A stretch of 44,877 nt of DNA, taken from positions 1-44,877 of IMG/VR virus record IMGVR_UViG_3300048901_000305. One strand, 5' to 3'. Below, in pieces: positions 9,085 to 17,651 of the stretch. Made by a program: the position numbers and the translations under genes. The stretch is from a virus. Lineage: Duplodnaviria > Caudoviricetes. The notes under the pieces are model-generated. The model searched no databases. It saw only the letters and a list, made by a program, of their open reading frames with translations, and was not told where the DNA came from. Position 1 is the first letter of the stretch, and each line of letters opens with the position of its first letter.

Positions 9085-10219
9085 CGACCGTCGCCTCCGG
9101 CACGCGTCGGGTAGTTTCGTTCAGCAGGGGCGCGTCGCCGCGAATTCGCCGTTCGGCCATCTCGACATAGGCCGGGTTCAGCTCGATCGTGGTTGCCGGG
9201 CGGCCGAGCCGTAGCGCTACCATCGCAGTCGTGCCGGCGCCGCCAAAGGGATCGAGAATTGCGTCTCCGGGCCGGCTCCCAGCTAGGATGCAGCGCTCGG
9301 CGAGCTCGGGCGGAAAGGTGGCGAAGTGCGCCTCCGGATACGGTTGGGTGGTGAAGCGCCAGACGGTGCGCAGGTTTCGACCGGCCCCGTTCCGACCCTC
9401 GGCGCGCCGGATGCCGCTGTTGGGATGCGCGATTCCTCCGCTCGGCTCGGGACGATGAAGGACGTTCCGCGGGTGATCGGACCCGTTGTCGGGCTCCCTA
9501 ATCGCCTCCGCGTTGTAGTAGTACCTCTCGGCCCTGGAAAACAGAAAGATGTACTCGTGGGCCTTGGTGGGCCGGTCCCGAACGCTCTCGGGCATCGGGT
9601 TCACCTTGTCCCAGATGCAGTCGGAGCGCAAGTACCACCCGGCACCCTGAAGCGCGAAGGCGAGCCGCCACGGCATGCCGCAGAGGTCTTTCGGCTTCAG
9701 GCCGGTTGTGCGCTTGCCTCGCCCGATGCTGCTCGCCCCATGAAGCCCCTCGGCGTGCTTCCCGCTTGAGCGCCCGCCCCACTTCCCGTCGTTCGCATAG
9801 CAATCTCCCATGTTGACCCACAGAGTGCCGTCGTTGCGGAGCACCCGCCGCACCTCCTCGAAGACCTCCACCAGCCGAGCGATGTACAGATCCGGGGTTG
9901 GCTCCAGGCCGACCTGGAGGTCGACCCTTCGCGCTCCGCAGCGACACTCGCCCCTAACGGGCTCGCCACTGATCGCCTTCGCCGGTTGCGTCCCTCGCTC
10001 GGCGGAGAACCGTCCATGCCCTGCGCCCGCTCCGGTCGTGTTCGATCGCGGTTTCGGCCGCCCCTTGTGAGCGCAGGCCGAGTCGCCTCCTTCCCATTTG
10101 CCTGTGCCGTAGTCGCGAAGACCCCAATAGGGAGGGCTCGTGACGCAGCACTGGAAGGAGTTCGCCGGCAAGGTGCGCAGGGCGGCGAGCGCATCCCCTT
10201 GATGGAGGGTGGCGAGCAC
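9074..10219 (-). CDS. Beta-class N4-C/N6-A DNA methyltransferase
   Basis: Catalytic TSPPY; HFATFP; SAM-binding DPFGGAGT; Cys-containing insertion after SPPY. Confidence 0.95.
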   Translation of the reverse strand: MLATLHQGDALAALRTLPANSFQCCVTSPPYWGLRDYGTGKWEGGDSACAHKGRPKPRSNTTGAGAGHGRFSAERGTQPAKAISGEPVRGECRCGARRVDLQVGLEPTPDLYIARLVEVFEEVRRVLRNDGTLWVNMGDCYANDGKWGGRSSGKHAEGLHGASSIGRGKRTTGLKPKDLCGMPWRLAFALQGAGWYLRSDCIWDKVNPMPESVRDRPTKAHEYIFLFSRAERYYYNAEAIREPDNGSDHPRNVLHRPEPSGGIAHPNSGIRRAEGRNGAGRNLRTVWRFTTQPYPEAHFATFPPELAERCILAGSRPGDAILDPFGGAGTTAMVALRLGRPATTIELNPAYVEMAERRIRGDAPLLNETTRRVPEATVDAH

Positions 10220-10266
10220 TACGCCCCCTCCTCGTGCTCGCAGGGCGTGAGGGGCTTAGCGTCCAT
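10219..10266 (-). CDS. 15-aa coupling mini-ORF
   Basis: MDAKPLTPCEHEEGA*; its TAG overlaps the methyltransferase GTG. Confidence 0.35.
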   Translation of the reverse strand: MDAKPLTPCEHEEGA

Positions 10267-10906
10267 CGGCTTCCTCCCGCCGCCTCTCGAAGCAGAGCTC
10301 CGCGAAGCGAGACACGGGGTCTGGCTTGCCCCGCAGCAACTTCCAGGGCCGCCAGAGCTCCAGGTAGAGCTTCGGCAGCCAGCCAGCGGGAAGGGGTCGC
10401 CCAGCGAGCCGCTTCAGCTCCTTCTCCTTCTCGAGCTCCCCGTTGTGAGTTGGCGAGTAGAGGATACCAAACCCCGCCGCAAGGACCTCACTCTCCCGCC
10501 GCCACTTCTCGCGGTCGCCGTTGGTCTCGTGGTACCGGATGAGGGCGGCGCGGATCTCCTTCCGTGCCTCCTCCTGCGCCGCCGCGCTGGGGGGCTGGTA
10601 GCCCCCCCGCTCTTCCCGGAAGAACTTCTCGCGCGCGGCGAGGTGGGCCTGGAGCACGATCAGCACCCGGGCGGTCAGTTCGCCGCCGCCGGCCGGCCCC
10701 GCCCCGCCGTCGAGGCGGACCTGGGCGGGGCCGGCCGCCTGAAGGCGGAGCTCGTGCAGCACTTTCGCCAGCCGAATCGGTAGGTCGGCCGCGGGCTCCC
10801 GCTGGAAGTTGTCGCCGCGCGGCTTCAGCCGCGCCGAGATCGTGTCGACCGCCTCCAGGAGCCCCGCCCGCCGCCCCTCCTCCCGCGCCCGCTCCGCGGC
10901 GGTCAT
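10256..10906 (-). CDS. Hypothetical protein (possible replication initiator or helicase loader by position)
   Basis: ATGA overlap; MTAAERAREEG...; upstream of methyltransferase and DnaB; function inferred from position only. Confidence 0.6.
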   Translation of the reverse strand: MTAAERAREEGRRAGLLEAVDTISARLKPRGDNFQREPAADLPIRLAKVLHELRLQAAGPAQVRLDGGAGPAGGGELTARVLIVLQAHLAAREKFFREERGGYQPPSAAAQEEARKEIRAALIRYHETNGDREKWRRESEVLAAGFGILYSPTHNGELEKEKELKRLAGRPLPAGWLPKLYLELWRPWKLLRGKPDPVSRFAELCFERRREEADGR

Positions 10907-11265
10907 CGAAGAAGACGCTCCCGATGTCCCTCTTCCTCCAGTCGGTCGGCGATCTGGGCCAGCCCGTCCGTGGCGTCGTTGAGGACCAGCTCGTCGCCCT
11001 GATCGCCACTTTCCTGCGCCCACTTCCGCAGGGTTTCTACCGCGAGGCGGAGGCCATCTACCTTCTGCGCCTCCTTGTGGGCGGCCGAGGCGTCCACGGT
11101 TACGATGCCCACGTCGACCCTTCCTATCCGGTCCAGCGCCCTTCGCGCCAAATCCACCCGGGCTCGGCTCGACACCATCAACGTGTCGCCAGGTCCCGCT
11201 AAATTGCATGCCTCAGCCAGCCTCTCGGGCCAGCCGGCGCCGTCTGCCACCGTGATCACGCCCAT
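10903..11265 (-). CDS. Hypothetical protein
   Basis: Tightly packed in the operon with an SD. Confidence 0.65.
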   Translation of the reverse strand: MGVITVADGAGWPERLAEACNLAGPGDTLMVSSRARVDLARRALDRIGRVDVGIVTVDASAAHKEAQKVDGLRLAVETLRKWAQESGDQGDELVLNDATDGLAQIADRLEEEGHRERLLR

Positions 11266-11268
11266 CAC

Positions 11269-11544
11269 CTACTCCTCCCCGCCGTCGCCGCTGTCGAGGC
11301 GGACCTTCACCTTCTCCTTCCCGCCTTCCAACCAGAGCTCTACGCCGTCGACGTGGTAGCGGTCGATACCGAGGGCGTGGAGCGCGCCCGCTGCCTCCGT
11401 CCGCTTCGTCTTCTCCTTCTTGGTGATCTCCTTTCGTTCGGCCTCCAGGGTCTTTATCTCCAGCCCCAGCGCATGCAGCTCCGGGTTTCTCTGGGGGCTC
11501 TCTGTACCCTCGATCTCTGCCTGCTTTGCGGTCACTCTCGCCAT
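11269..11544 (-). CDS. Small coiled-coil hypothetical protein
   Basis: GGAGG SD; follows RecT. Confidence 0.7.
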   Translation of the reverse strand: MARVTAKQAEIEGTESPQRNPELHALGLEIKTLEAERKEITKKEKTKRTEAAGALHALGIDRYHVDGVELWLEGGKEKVKVRLDSGDGGEE

Positions 11545-11547
11545 GGT

Positions 11548-12627
11548 CTACTGGCCTCCCTTCGCCTTGAGGTGCATCCATGCGAGCACCTCGGTTTCTG
11601 CGTCGCCTTCGTCGACCTGGACATCCACCAGTGCACAGCCCCAGGCTTCCTCTACTTCCGATATCGGCACGCCGAGCTCGTCGGCCACCATACTGATGTG
11701 CTCGACCTGCGCGGTCGTCAGAGTGCGGCGGGCGCTGATGGGCGCGGAGTCGAAGAGGTCGCCGCCGGACGGCTGCTCGGTCGGGGGAGCGGCCTTCTTC
11801 GCCACGAAACTGTCCAGCTTGCCGGCCGTGGTCTCTGCCGGCTCCTCGAGCGGCTCCATAACGATGTCCATGGACCCCTCGAAGACCTGGCGGGGAATCA
11901 GCCCGCGGTCGGCCGCATCCTCGATCTCCGCTGCCCGCTGCACCGACTGCGGCCCGTGCTTCGCCCAGGCCCGGATCGCCGTCTTCGTCCACATCGCGGC
12001 CTCGTCGGTCTTCCAGGGGGAGTCCTTGCCGTACTTGACGGCGGCCCGGTACCCCTGGGAGCGATCCCGCCGGGCGAGCACCTCGCTCTCGTCGAGCACC
12101 ACGAAAACCTCCCCGCCGCGGCCCTTGCTGTGACAGTAGGCGTACAGGAGCTTCTTCTTGGGGTCCGACCGGTTCGGCCCCGGAACGTGGCGGAGCTTGG
12201 CGTTGGTGCCGTGCTCGTACTCAAAAAGGTCGCCATCCAGGACGAAATCCGCGTGAAAGTAGGTCATCTCTCCCGAGTTGCGGGCGAGGGCCAGGTAGCC
12301 CTTGTAGCCGGGCTGGAACTGCACCTTGTCCCCGTAGGGGATGAGGAAGCCGTGCCCCAGAAGCCCGTCCGGCTCTAGGCCGAGCTGGGCGGCCTGCATG
12401 AGACTCGCGAGCAGGGAGCCGCGGTCGGCCTTCACAAGTTTGGGGTTCGTCCTCAAGCAGGTGAGGGCCACCCGATAGAAGCGGTCGGCGTCGAGGTGCC
12501 GCGGCAGCGCCATCTCAAACTGCGGGCGCATCAGTTCCATCGTCTTCAAGAGCGGAGCGGCCGGGTCCTTCTCGGCGAGGGCTGTCTGGGGCTTGCTCTC
12601 GGCCGTCGTCGTCTCCTTGCGGGCCAT
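11548..12627 (-). CDS. recT: RecT-family single-strand annealing protein
   Basis: ALPRHLDADRF, AAQLGLEPD, QFQPGYKG, SPWKTDEAAMWTKTAIR. Confidence 0.95.
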   Translation of the reverse strand: MARKETTTAESKPQTALAEKDPAAPLLKTMELMRPQFEMALPRHLDADRFYRVALTCLRTNPKLVKADRGSLLASLMQAAQLGLEPDGLLGHGFLIPYGDKVQFQPGYKGYLALARNSGEMTYFHADFVLDGDLFEYEHGTNAKLRHVPGPNRSDPKKKLLYAYCHSKGRGGEVFVVLDESEVLARRDRSQGYRAAVKYGKDSPWKTDEAAMWTKTAIRAWAKHGPQSVQRAAEIEDAADRGLIPRQVFEGSMDIVMEPLEEPAETTAGKLDSFVAKKAAPPTEQPSGGDLFDSAPISARRTLTTAQVEHISMVADELGVPISEVEEAWGCALVDVQVDEGDAETEVLAWMHLKAKGGQ

Positions 12628-12833
12628 CAGGTCTCCTCCTCCCAGGTCGCCACAACTCCGTCGTCGCCGTCGTGTGCCGCATGTGGCGGTGGGTGTCCAG
12701 CGTCGAGGGTGCAGAAATATCCAAACGTGCCGTCCCCCGGCCAGAATGGGCTACGGCCTTCGCAGTCCTGATGTTCTCCCGGTGGCATGTACCCCCGGTC
12801 TCCCGGCCTCAGCGGGGTTTCGTAAGTCGTCAC
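12627..12833 (-). CDS. Small Cys/His metal-binding-like protein
   Basis: GTGA/TGATG overlaps; C...CTLDAGHPPPH motif. Confidence 0.6.
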   Translation of the reverse strand: MTTYETPLRPGDRGYMPPGEHQDCEGRSPFWPGDGTFGYFCTLDAGHPPPHAAHDGDDGVVATWEEET

Positions 12834-13840
12834 GTCTTCCTCCTGTAAACGCCGTAACTGGTGTATGCCTTCTTGAGATAGGCGACCTCGGTCTCCGGGA
12901 CCGTCCAGCGGCGGGCCCTCGATTCGTTGGCGATGATCTCGTCGAAGTCGGCCTCCGGCCCGAGGTGATGGAGCAGTTCGGCCCACAGGCGCTTCGCCTC
13001 CTTCTCCGCGCAGCCTTTGACCTCGGCGATGCTCCGGTAGTCGCCGAGTAGTCGCTCCACTTTGGGGTCCCCGCGCAAGTCGAGCACCTTGCCGGGGGTG
13101 ACCGCCTTGTGGAGGGCGATCACCACCTCCACGTCCCGGACGCGCTCGAGGTCCGGAGCCGGCGCCTCGCCGTGGGCGAGGGAGAGCTCCAGGTCCAGGA
13201 TCGCCCGGAAGATCAACTTGACCGTCGGTTCGTGGTAGGGGATCTCGGCGACGTCGGCAGGTCCCGTCACCGAGCGCAGGCCGCCCACGACGCCCAGGGG
13301 TGCGCGGGCGCAGGGGAGTTGCCCCTGGACCTGGAGAAGGACCGCGAGCGGCGGCTGGCCGTTCTCCCAAGCACGAGCCGCGTAGCGGCCGACCGCCTTG
13401 ATCTCCAGGGGAACCCAGCCGGCGCGTCCATCCCTGATGGAGCTTCCGGCGACCTCGAAATCAAGAGAGGCGCCAAGGGGATAGTCGGCCGCCTCGCGCC
13501 GGAGGTCGAGGTCACCGTCCGCGCGGAGATGAGTGGAATCCGGGTGCCGGCGTACCGCGCCCGGCTCAGGAAGGATGTCGGACCAGGCAACCGTGAGGTG
13601 CCGCTGAACCTTCCGAATCCTCCATCCCCTCACTTTGGCGATCTCCCGAGCGATGGGCTCCTCCAGGCGGTTGCCCCAGGCCATCGCCTCGGTCTCCTCG
13701 ACCGAGCGCTCCAGGAGCCCCGCCTTCTCGTGCCAGAGCTCGAAGTAGCTCCGTCGCCCCTCGCCCATCAGGTCGGGGATCTCGGAAGCCCGCACCAAGC
13801 ACTGGGCCCGGCCGGCTGCCTGCGCTTCAGAGAGTGGCAT
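12830..13840 (-). CDS. YqaJ/lambda-exonuclease-family recombination nuclease
   Basis: ASEI, ELWHEKAG, WGNRLEEPIA, GASLD, LEIK, QVQGQ; adjacent to RecT. Confidence 0.9.
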   Translation of the reverse strand: MPLSEAQAAGRAQCLVRASEIPDLMGEGRRSYFELWHEKAGLLERSVEETEAMAWGNRLEEPIAREIAKVRGWRIRKVQRHLTVAWSDILPEPGAVRRHPDSTHLRADGDLDLRREAADYPLGASLDFEVAGSSIRDGRAGWVPLEIKAVGRYAARAWENGQPPLAVLLQVQGQLPCARAPLGVVGGLRSVTGPADVAEIPYHEPTVKLIFRAILDLELSLAHGEAPAPDLERVRDVEVVIALHKAVTPGKVLDLRGDPKVERLLGDYRSIAEVKGCAEKEAKRLWAELLHHLGPEADFDEIIANESRARRWTVPETEVAYLKKAYTSYGVYRRKT

Positions 13841-14195
13841 TCGATCCCCGGCGCTTGAACTGGCGCATCATGCCGACGACGACGCCCTGGACCACGACGT
13901 CTTTCGCGGGGAGACAGATCGGCTTCAGCGCCCGGCTGGCCGGTTCCAGTCGAACGGTGCCCCCCTCCGGATACCAGAACTTCAGGGTAGCGTCGTCGCC
14001 AACGAGGCAGACCGCGCAGTCGCCTGGCTCGGCGGCGCCTCGCCGGCAGATGACGTAATCGCCGTCAAGGATGCCCTCCTCGACCATCGAGTCGCCCACC
14101 ATCCTGAGCACGTAGTGGTCGCCCGGGCGGCCCCGGAGAAGGTGGGCGGGTACGTCGATTCGTCCGCCGTCCAGTGGTTCTATCGCCTTTTTCAT
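13827..14195 (-). CDS. Stand-alone LexA-like S24 peptidase domain (122 aa, no DNA-binding domain)
   Basis: YVLRMVGDSM (catalytic Ser), ILDGDYVI, ATLK (catalytic Lys), VQGVVVG; ATG 14195 with GAGGGGAG SD. Confidence 0.88.
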   Translation of the reverse strand: MKKAIEPLDGGRIDVPAHLLRGRPGDHYVLRMVGDSMVEEGILDGDYVICRRGAAEPGDCAVCLVGDDATLKFWYPEGGTVRLEPASRALKPICLPAKDVVVQGVVVGMMRQFKRRGSNATL

Positions 14196-14239
14196 CAGTC
14201 GCTCCCCTCGTGGCCGACACCAAGGGTGTGGCCATCCGC

Positions 14240-15208
14240 CTATGGGTCTGGCTCGACCGCCAGGAAGCCGTCGCAGGCGGCGCAGTGGCAGCCGGTCAAG
14301 TGAGCGTCGTACCTCTCCCCGCACCGAGCGCAGATCGCGCTGAGGTCGTACGATGGCGCTGGTCGGTTCTCCCGTGCCCGCTTCACCGCCTCGGAGCAAG
14401 CCTGCGGCCCGGGGTCCACCAACTCGTCACGGAAGAGCCCGCATACCCGGTCGTCGAGCCGCGCCAGGGCCTTCGCAGCGTGTTCCTGGAGGCCCACCAG
14501 GAAGAGCCTCTCCAGCGCCCCCATCGCTCGCCCCAGGTCGGCGTCCTCCGCCTGGGCCGCTTCGACGACGGCTTCCAGGAGCCCAAGGAAGTGGCCGCCC
14601 TTGGTGTCGGGGTCATCGGCGGTCACGTAGCCCGCGAGACGGTAGATCTCCTCCTCGCGGCTCCCGGCTCGCACCTCGATCGACAACACCTCCCGGGGGT
14701 CAGGGGAGAGCAGGAGCGTCCAGGTGGGGCCCTCGGCGACGCCGGAGGCCAGGGCGCGCCGCCCCAGCTCCGTGATGTCCCACCGGGCTTCCGGCTCCTC
14801 GCCGGCGGGAAAGTGAGTGACAGAAAGCTGCGCCGTGATGTCCTCCGCGTTCTTCGCCCTCTGCTCGGCGACCGTTAACCGCCGGGTGAGGTCGAGCACG
14901 GCCTTGGCCAGCACGCCGTTCTCCCGCTGGAGCTTAGCCTCGCCCTCGGCGTTCGCCTGGCGCTCGGTCTCCAACAGCAAGCGCTCGCGCTCCGTGGCGT
15001 CCTTCCACTCCTCCAGGCGCTCGACGAGGGGCGCGACAGTCCCATTGGTCTGAACGTTGCTCCAAGTGAAGGTCCTGCTGCCCGTGCCGACAAAGATGAT
15101 CCGCGGACGCCCCTTGTTGTCGAGCAAACCCGAGTCCCTCCTAAGCTCCAGGGCCATGTCCTGCTTGCTCCACCGGTCTATGACTTCCATCCGCTCCTTG
15201 ACTTCCAT
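14240..15208 (-). CDS. Coiled-coil protein with C-terminal Zn-finger-like motif
   Basis: GGAGGAG SD; CARC...H..GCHCAAC. Confidence 0.7.
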   Translation of the reverse strand: MEVKERMEVIDRWSKQDMALELRRDSGLLDNKGRPRIIFVGTGSRTFTWSNVQTNGTVAPLVERLEEWKDATERERLLLETERQANAEGEAKLQRENGVLAKAVLDLTRRLTVAEQRAKNAEDITAQLSVTHFPAGEEPEARWDITELGRRALASGVAEGPTWTLLLSPDPREVLSIEVRAGSREEEIYRLAGYVTADDPDTKGGHFLGLLEAVVEAAQAEDADLGRAMGALERLFLVGLQEHAAKALARLDDRVCGLFRDELVDPGPQACSEAVKRARENRPAPSYDLSAICARCGERYDAHLTGCHCAACDGFLAVEPDP

Positions 15209-15216
15209 CCGCTCCT
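15181..15216. repeat. Perfect 18-bp tandem duplication containing SD and ATG
   Basis: TGACTTCCATCCGCTCCT at 15181-15198 and 15199-15216. Confidence 0.9.
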
Positions 15217-15273
15217 CCCGTCTCAAGAACCCGACGATACCCCCCAACCGGCGACGGCCGCCACCTCCAGCGG

Positions 15274-15290
15274 TGCGCAATCGCTGCGCA
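15274..15290. promoter_or_regulatory. Operator-like motif TGCGCA-N5-TGCGCA, copy 2
   Basis: TGCGCAATCGCTGCGCA in the divergent intergenic region. Confidence 0.45.
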
Positions 15291-15373
15291 CGACCGCGCA
15301 AGTCATTCAGCAGTAAGTCGTTTCTGGCGCGACCGGCATGCATGAGGTATACTCCCGGCGGAGGTTTTCAGAG

Positions 15374-15442
15374 ATGCTTCTCGCTTTTCTGCTTGGGATT
15401 CTGACCGCTGTGGTCTACTTTCTCTGGCGGCTACCAGGATAA
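15374..15442 (+). CDS. 22-aa single-transmembrane peptide
   Basis: GGAGG SD; MLLAFLLGILTAVVYFLWRLPG*; TAATG coupling to the next gene; TATACT at 15348-15353 upstream. Confidence 0.6.
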   Translation: MLLAFLLGILTAVVYFLWRLPG

Positions 15443-16446
15443 TGGACATCGGGGACATCATCCTTCAGTCCGGTCACCTCGGGACCAGTTGGCTGTTCCG
15501 CGGCGACAAGCCGCCCGTCACCGGGCGCCTCACGAAGCCGCCCGGGGGCTGGCCGGCGATGAGGTACAACGACCCCCAAGACCTGCGTCATGCGCAGTAC
15601 GATGAGATCTTCGGGGCCGGCGCGGGTACCAACTTCTTCGGCTACGTGGCAGTCGAGGATTGGTTCCCGGAGCCCGAGGTCGCGGCGGAGCTCGGCATCG
15701 ATTTCAACCAGGCGGCCGGCCCGAACGGCGAGGTGAGTCCCTACCAACTCGCCGAAACGTACTGCCGTTTTTGTGCTCAGGACTTCGGGGGGGTGGTGAT
15801 CCGACCGCGCAACGTGGCGGCGCGGCGCTCGAGGTCTGGGGTCCCACCTCCTCCGATCTCCCCGCCACCCCCCGTCCCTCCGCCTTCCGAGCCGCCGCCG
15901 GCGACACCACCGCGCGCGCCCGCCCCGGCTCCTTCTGTCTGCTTCGACTTCGACGACGCCGCGGCCGAGATCGCCGCGGCGCTCGTTCCCCTGGCCAAGG
16001 TGACGCTCCGGGTGGTAGCCCGGCTGATCCGTTCGGCGATCGCGCCTCTGCTTCTGGCCTTGGCGGCCGGCGCCGCGGCGCAGCCGGCCTGCGTCCCCTC
16101 GCCCGGCCTTGCCTCGGTCGACCTCGCCCAGCGCGTTCGCTGGGCTGATGACGCCGCGCCGCGCGAGCTCCATACGGTGCTGCAGCTCCTCGGCGCCCTC
16201 CCCACTGAGGACCTCCTGGGCCTGGCGCGGGACGTGAGCGCCGGCGTCAGGTGCGCTTCGCCAGCGCCGCCACCCCCCGACCCCGGGAGCGTACCGGCCG
16301 CCGAGATCAAGGCTTGGGTGCTCGAGGTTCTGCGCGGTAGCAGCCTCCGGTTTTTCGTGCATGCCCTGCCCGCTGAGGCCGTGCGCTACAGCTATCTCAG
16401 GGCTGCGGAGGTGAGCCGAGGGAAGCCCGTTTTTTCCTTCCATTGA
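15442..16446 (+). CDS. Hypothetical protein with Pro-rich linker and internal signal-peptide-like segment
   Basis: 334-aa ORF; poly-Pro linker; RLIRSAIAPLLLALAAGAAA-QPAC. Confidence 0.7.
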   Translation: MDIGDIILQSGHLGTSWLFRGDKPPVTGRLTKPPGGWPAMRYNDPQDLRHAQYDEIFGAGAGTNFFGYVAVEDWFPEPEVAAELGIDFNQAAGPNGEVSPYQLAETYCRFCAQDFGGVVIRPRNVAARRSRSGVPPPPISPPPPVPPPSEPPPATPPRAPAPAPSVCFDFDDAAAEIAAALVPLAKVTLRVVARLIRSAIAPLLLALAAGAAAQPACVPSPGLASVDLAQRVRWADDAAPRELHTVLQLLGALPTEDLLGLARDVSAGVRCASPAPPPPDPGSVPAAEIKAWVLEVLRGSSLRFFVHALPAEAVRYSYLRAAEVSRGKPVFSFH

Positions 16447-16492
16447 GAAATCTGGCGGCGCGATTATGCGCCACCGCAGAAGGAGAGATCCA

Positions 16493-17137
16493 ATGCAACT
16501 ACCCTACACGTGTTCCCCCGACCAGCCGCTCCAGGAACTCCATGTCGACCCGGCCGCCGGCAAGCGGTTGGAGGTCGAGGCGTCCGGGGTCGTTGGGCCT
16601 TACGGCTCCGCCACGCGGCCGGAGCTGTTTGCCGTTTTTGCCGCCGGCCGGGCTCGGCAGGACCTCATCCTGGGTGTCGGCCCAAACCTCGCGCTGGGCC
16701 GGTACCGAACCAAGGTCGATTTCAACGCGGGAGACACCCTCGAACAGGGGGGTCGGGGTGGTCTATGGGAGGGGGCGACCGCCAAGGCGTGGAAGGTCGT
16801 CGCCTCTGTCGACCTCTCCACCGGCGCCAAGACGGCGCAGGTGACCCTGGGGGACGTGGCCGAGAGCTTCACGGGCACGGGGCATGTGGCGACTGGGCCC
16901 CTGCGCATCCTGTTCGGTGGTGACGCTGCCCGCGGCGAGGGCGAGGTCTACGCGCCGCCCTACGGCTGGAGGTACGACAGCCTAACCGTCAAGCTCGACG
17001 GTCAACCCCTGGTGCAGCTCCCTGGCGTGGGCCTGAACCTCGGCCAGGCCGCCTCTCCTGCCGCCCAACCATCCCTGGCGGATGTCCTGGCGCTGCTCAG
17101 GAAGTTTGATGAGCGGCTGACCAAGTTGGGCGGGTAG
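16493..17137 (+). CDS. Beta-rich hypothetical protein
   Basis: AGAAGGAG SD; Gly/Val/Thr-rich strands with a short C-terminal helix. Confidence 0.7.
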   Translation: MQLPYTCSPDQPLQELHVDPAAGKRLEVEASGVVGPYGSATRPELFAVFAAGRARQDLILGVGPNLALGRYRTKVDFNAGDTLEQGGRGGLWEGATAKAWKVVASVDLSTGAKTAQVTLGDVAESFTGTGHVATGPLRILFGGDAARGEGEVYAPPYGWRYDSLTVKLDGQPLVQLPGVGLNLGQAASPAAQPSLADVLALLRKFDERLTKLGG

Positions 17138-17142
17138 TGCGC

Positions 17143-17176
17143 GAGTCCCGGTCCTCTTCCCGGAGGGTCGGGACTC
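17143..17176. terminator. Hairpin between convergent genes
   Basis: GAGTCCCGGTCCTC/GAGGGTCGGGACTC stem with G-U pairs. Confidence 0.6.
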
Positions 17177-17201
17177 ATCTCCGGGGCCCCGCCGCACGGT
17201 T

Positions 17202-17414
17202 TCAAGCCTGCATCAGCTCTCGAACCCGGTTCGCGCGCCAGGCGGCGAGCTCGCGGCGGGCGTGCCCGAAGGTAAACGGCCCGCGTAGGCTTGCCGGCAA
17301 GCCTGGAGCCCTGAGCGCCCATCCGCGCCCGAGAGGCGCGAGAGGGAGCCGGTAGAGGTTGCTCTCTCGGTGCGCCTGCCGGCGGGCCGCGGTGCGAGAG
17401 AGGGGCTTAGGCAT
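17202..17414 (-). CDS. Small basic hypothetical protein
   Basis: GGAGG SD; overlaps the upstream stop. Confidence 0.55.
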   Translation of the reverse strand: MPKPLSRTAARRQAHRESNLYRLPLAPLGRGWALRAPGLPASLRGPFTFGHARRELAAWRANRVRELMQA

Positions 17415-17592
17415 CGTCGTCCCCCTCCTCTCCGACCACGACTTCTTCGCGAACGCCCAAGCTCCACGCCACGTGCGACACCCCAAGGGCTTTGACGACG
17501 GCGGCCGCGCCGTACCGGTCGGTCAGGGGTCCGAGCAGCTCCCCGTCCCGCCGTTCGGTGCGGATCTTTTCGAGAATCTCGTCCGCTTCCAT
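17407..17592 (-). CDS. Small acidic hypothetical protein
   Basis: GGGAG SD; MEADEILEKIR... Confidence 0.6.
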   Translation of the reverse strand: MEADEILEKIRTERRDGELLGPLTDRYGAAAVVKALGVSHVAWSLGVREEVVVGEEGDDDA

Positions 17593-17651
17593 AATCTCGT
17601 CTCCCGTCCGCTGAAGCGCTCCACACTGCCCCCCGGGGCAGAAGGGGAGCT

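Noticed and set aside
10903-12627. Several genes in the same frame separated only by TAG (also near 18318, 20166, 24875, 26478, 44522), suggesting amber recoding or readthrough by the tRNA-Tyr
   Set aside because: By my hand count about 7 of 18 TAG junctions are in frame, close to the one-third expected by chance. Conserved genes end properly at TAG, and the anticodon is GTA, not CTA.
13827-14399. Full-length LexA/CI repressor from the 190-aa ORF
   Set aside because: The upstream 68 codons overlap the neighbouring gene and show no HTH; the SD supports ATG 14195.
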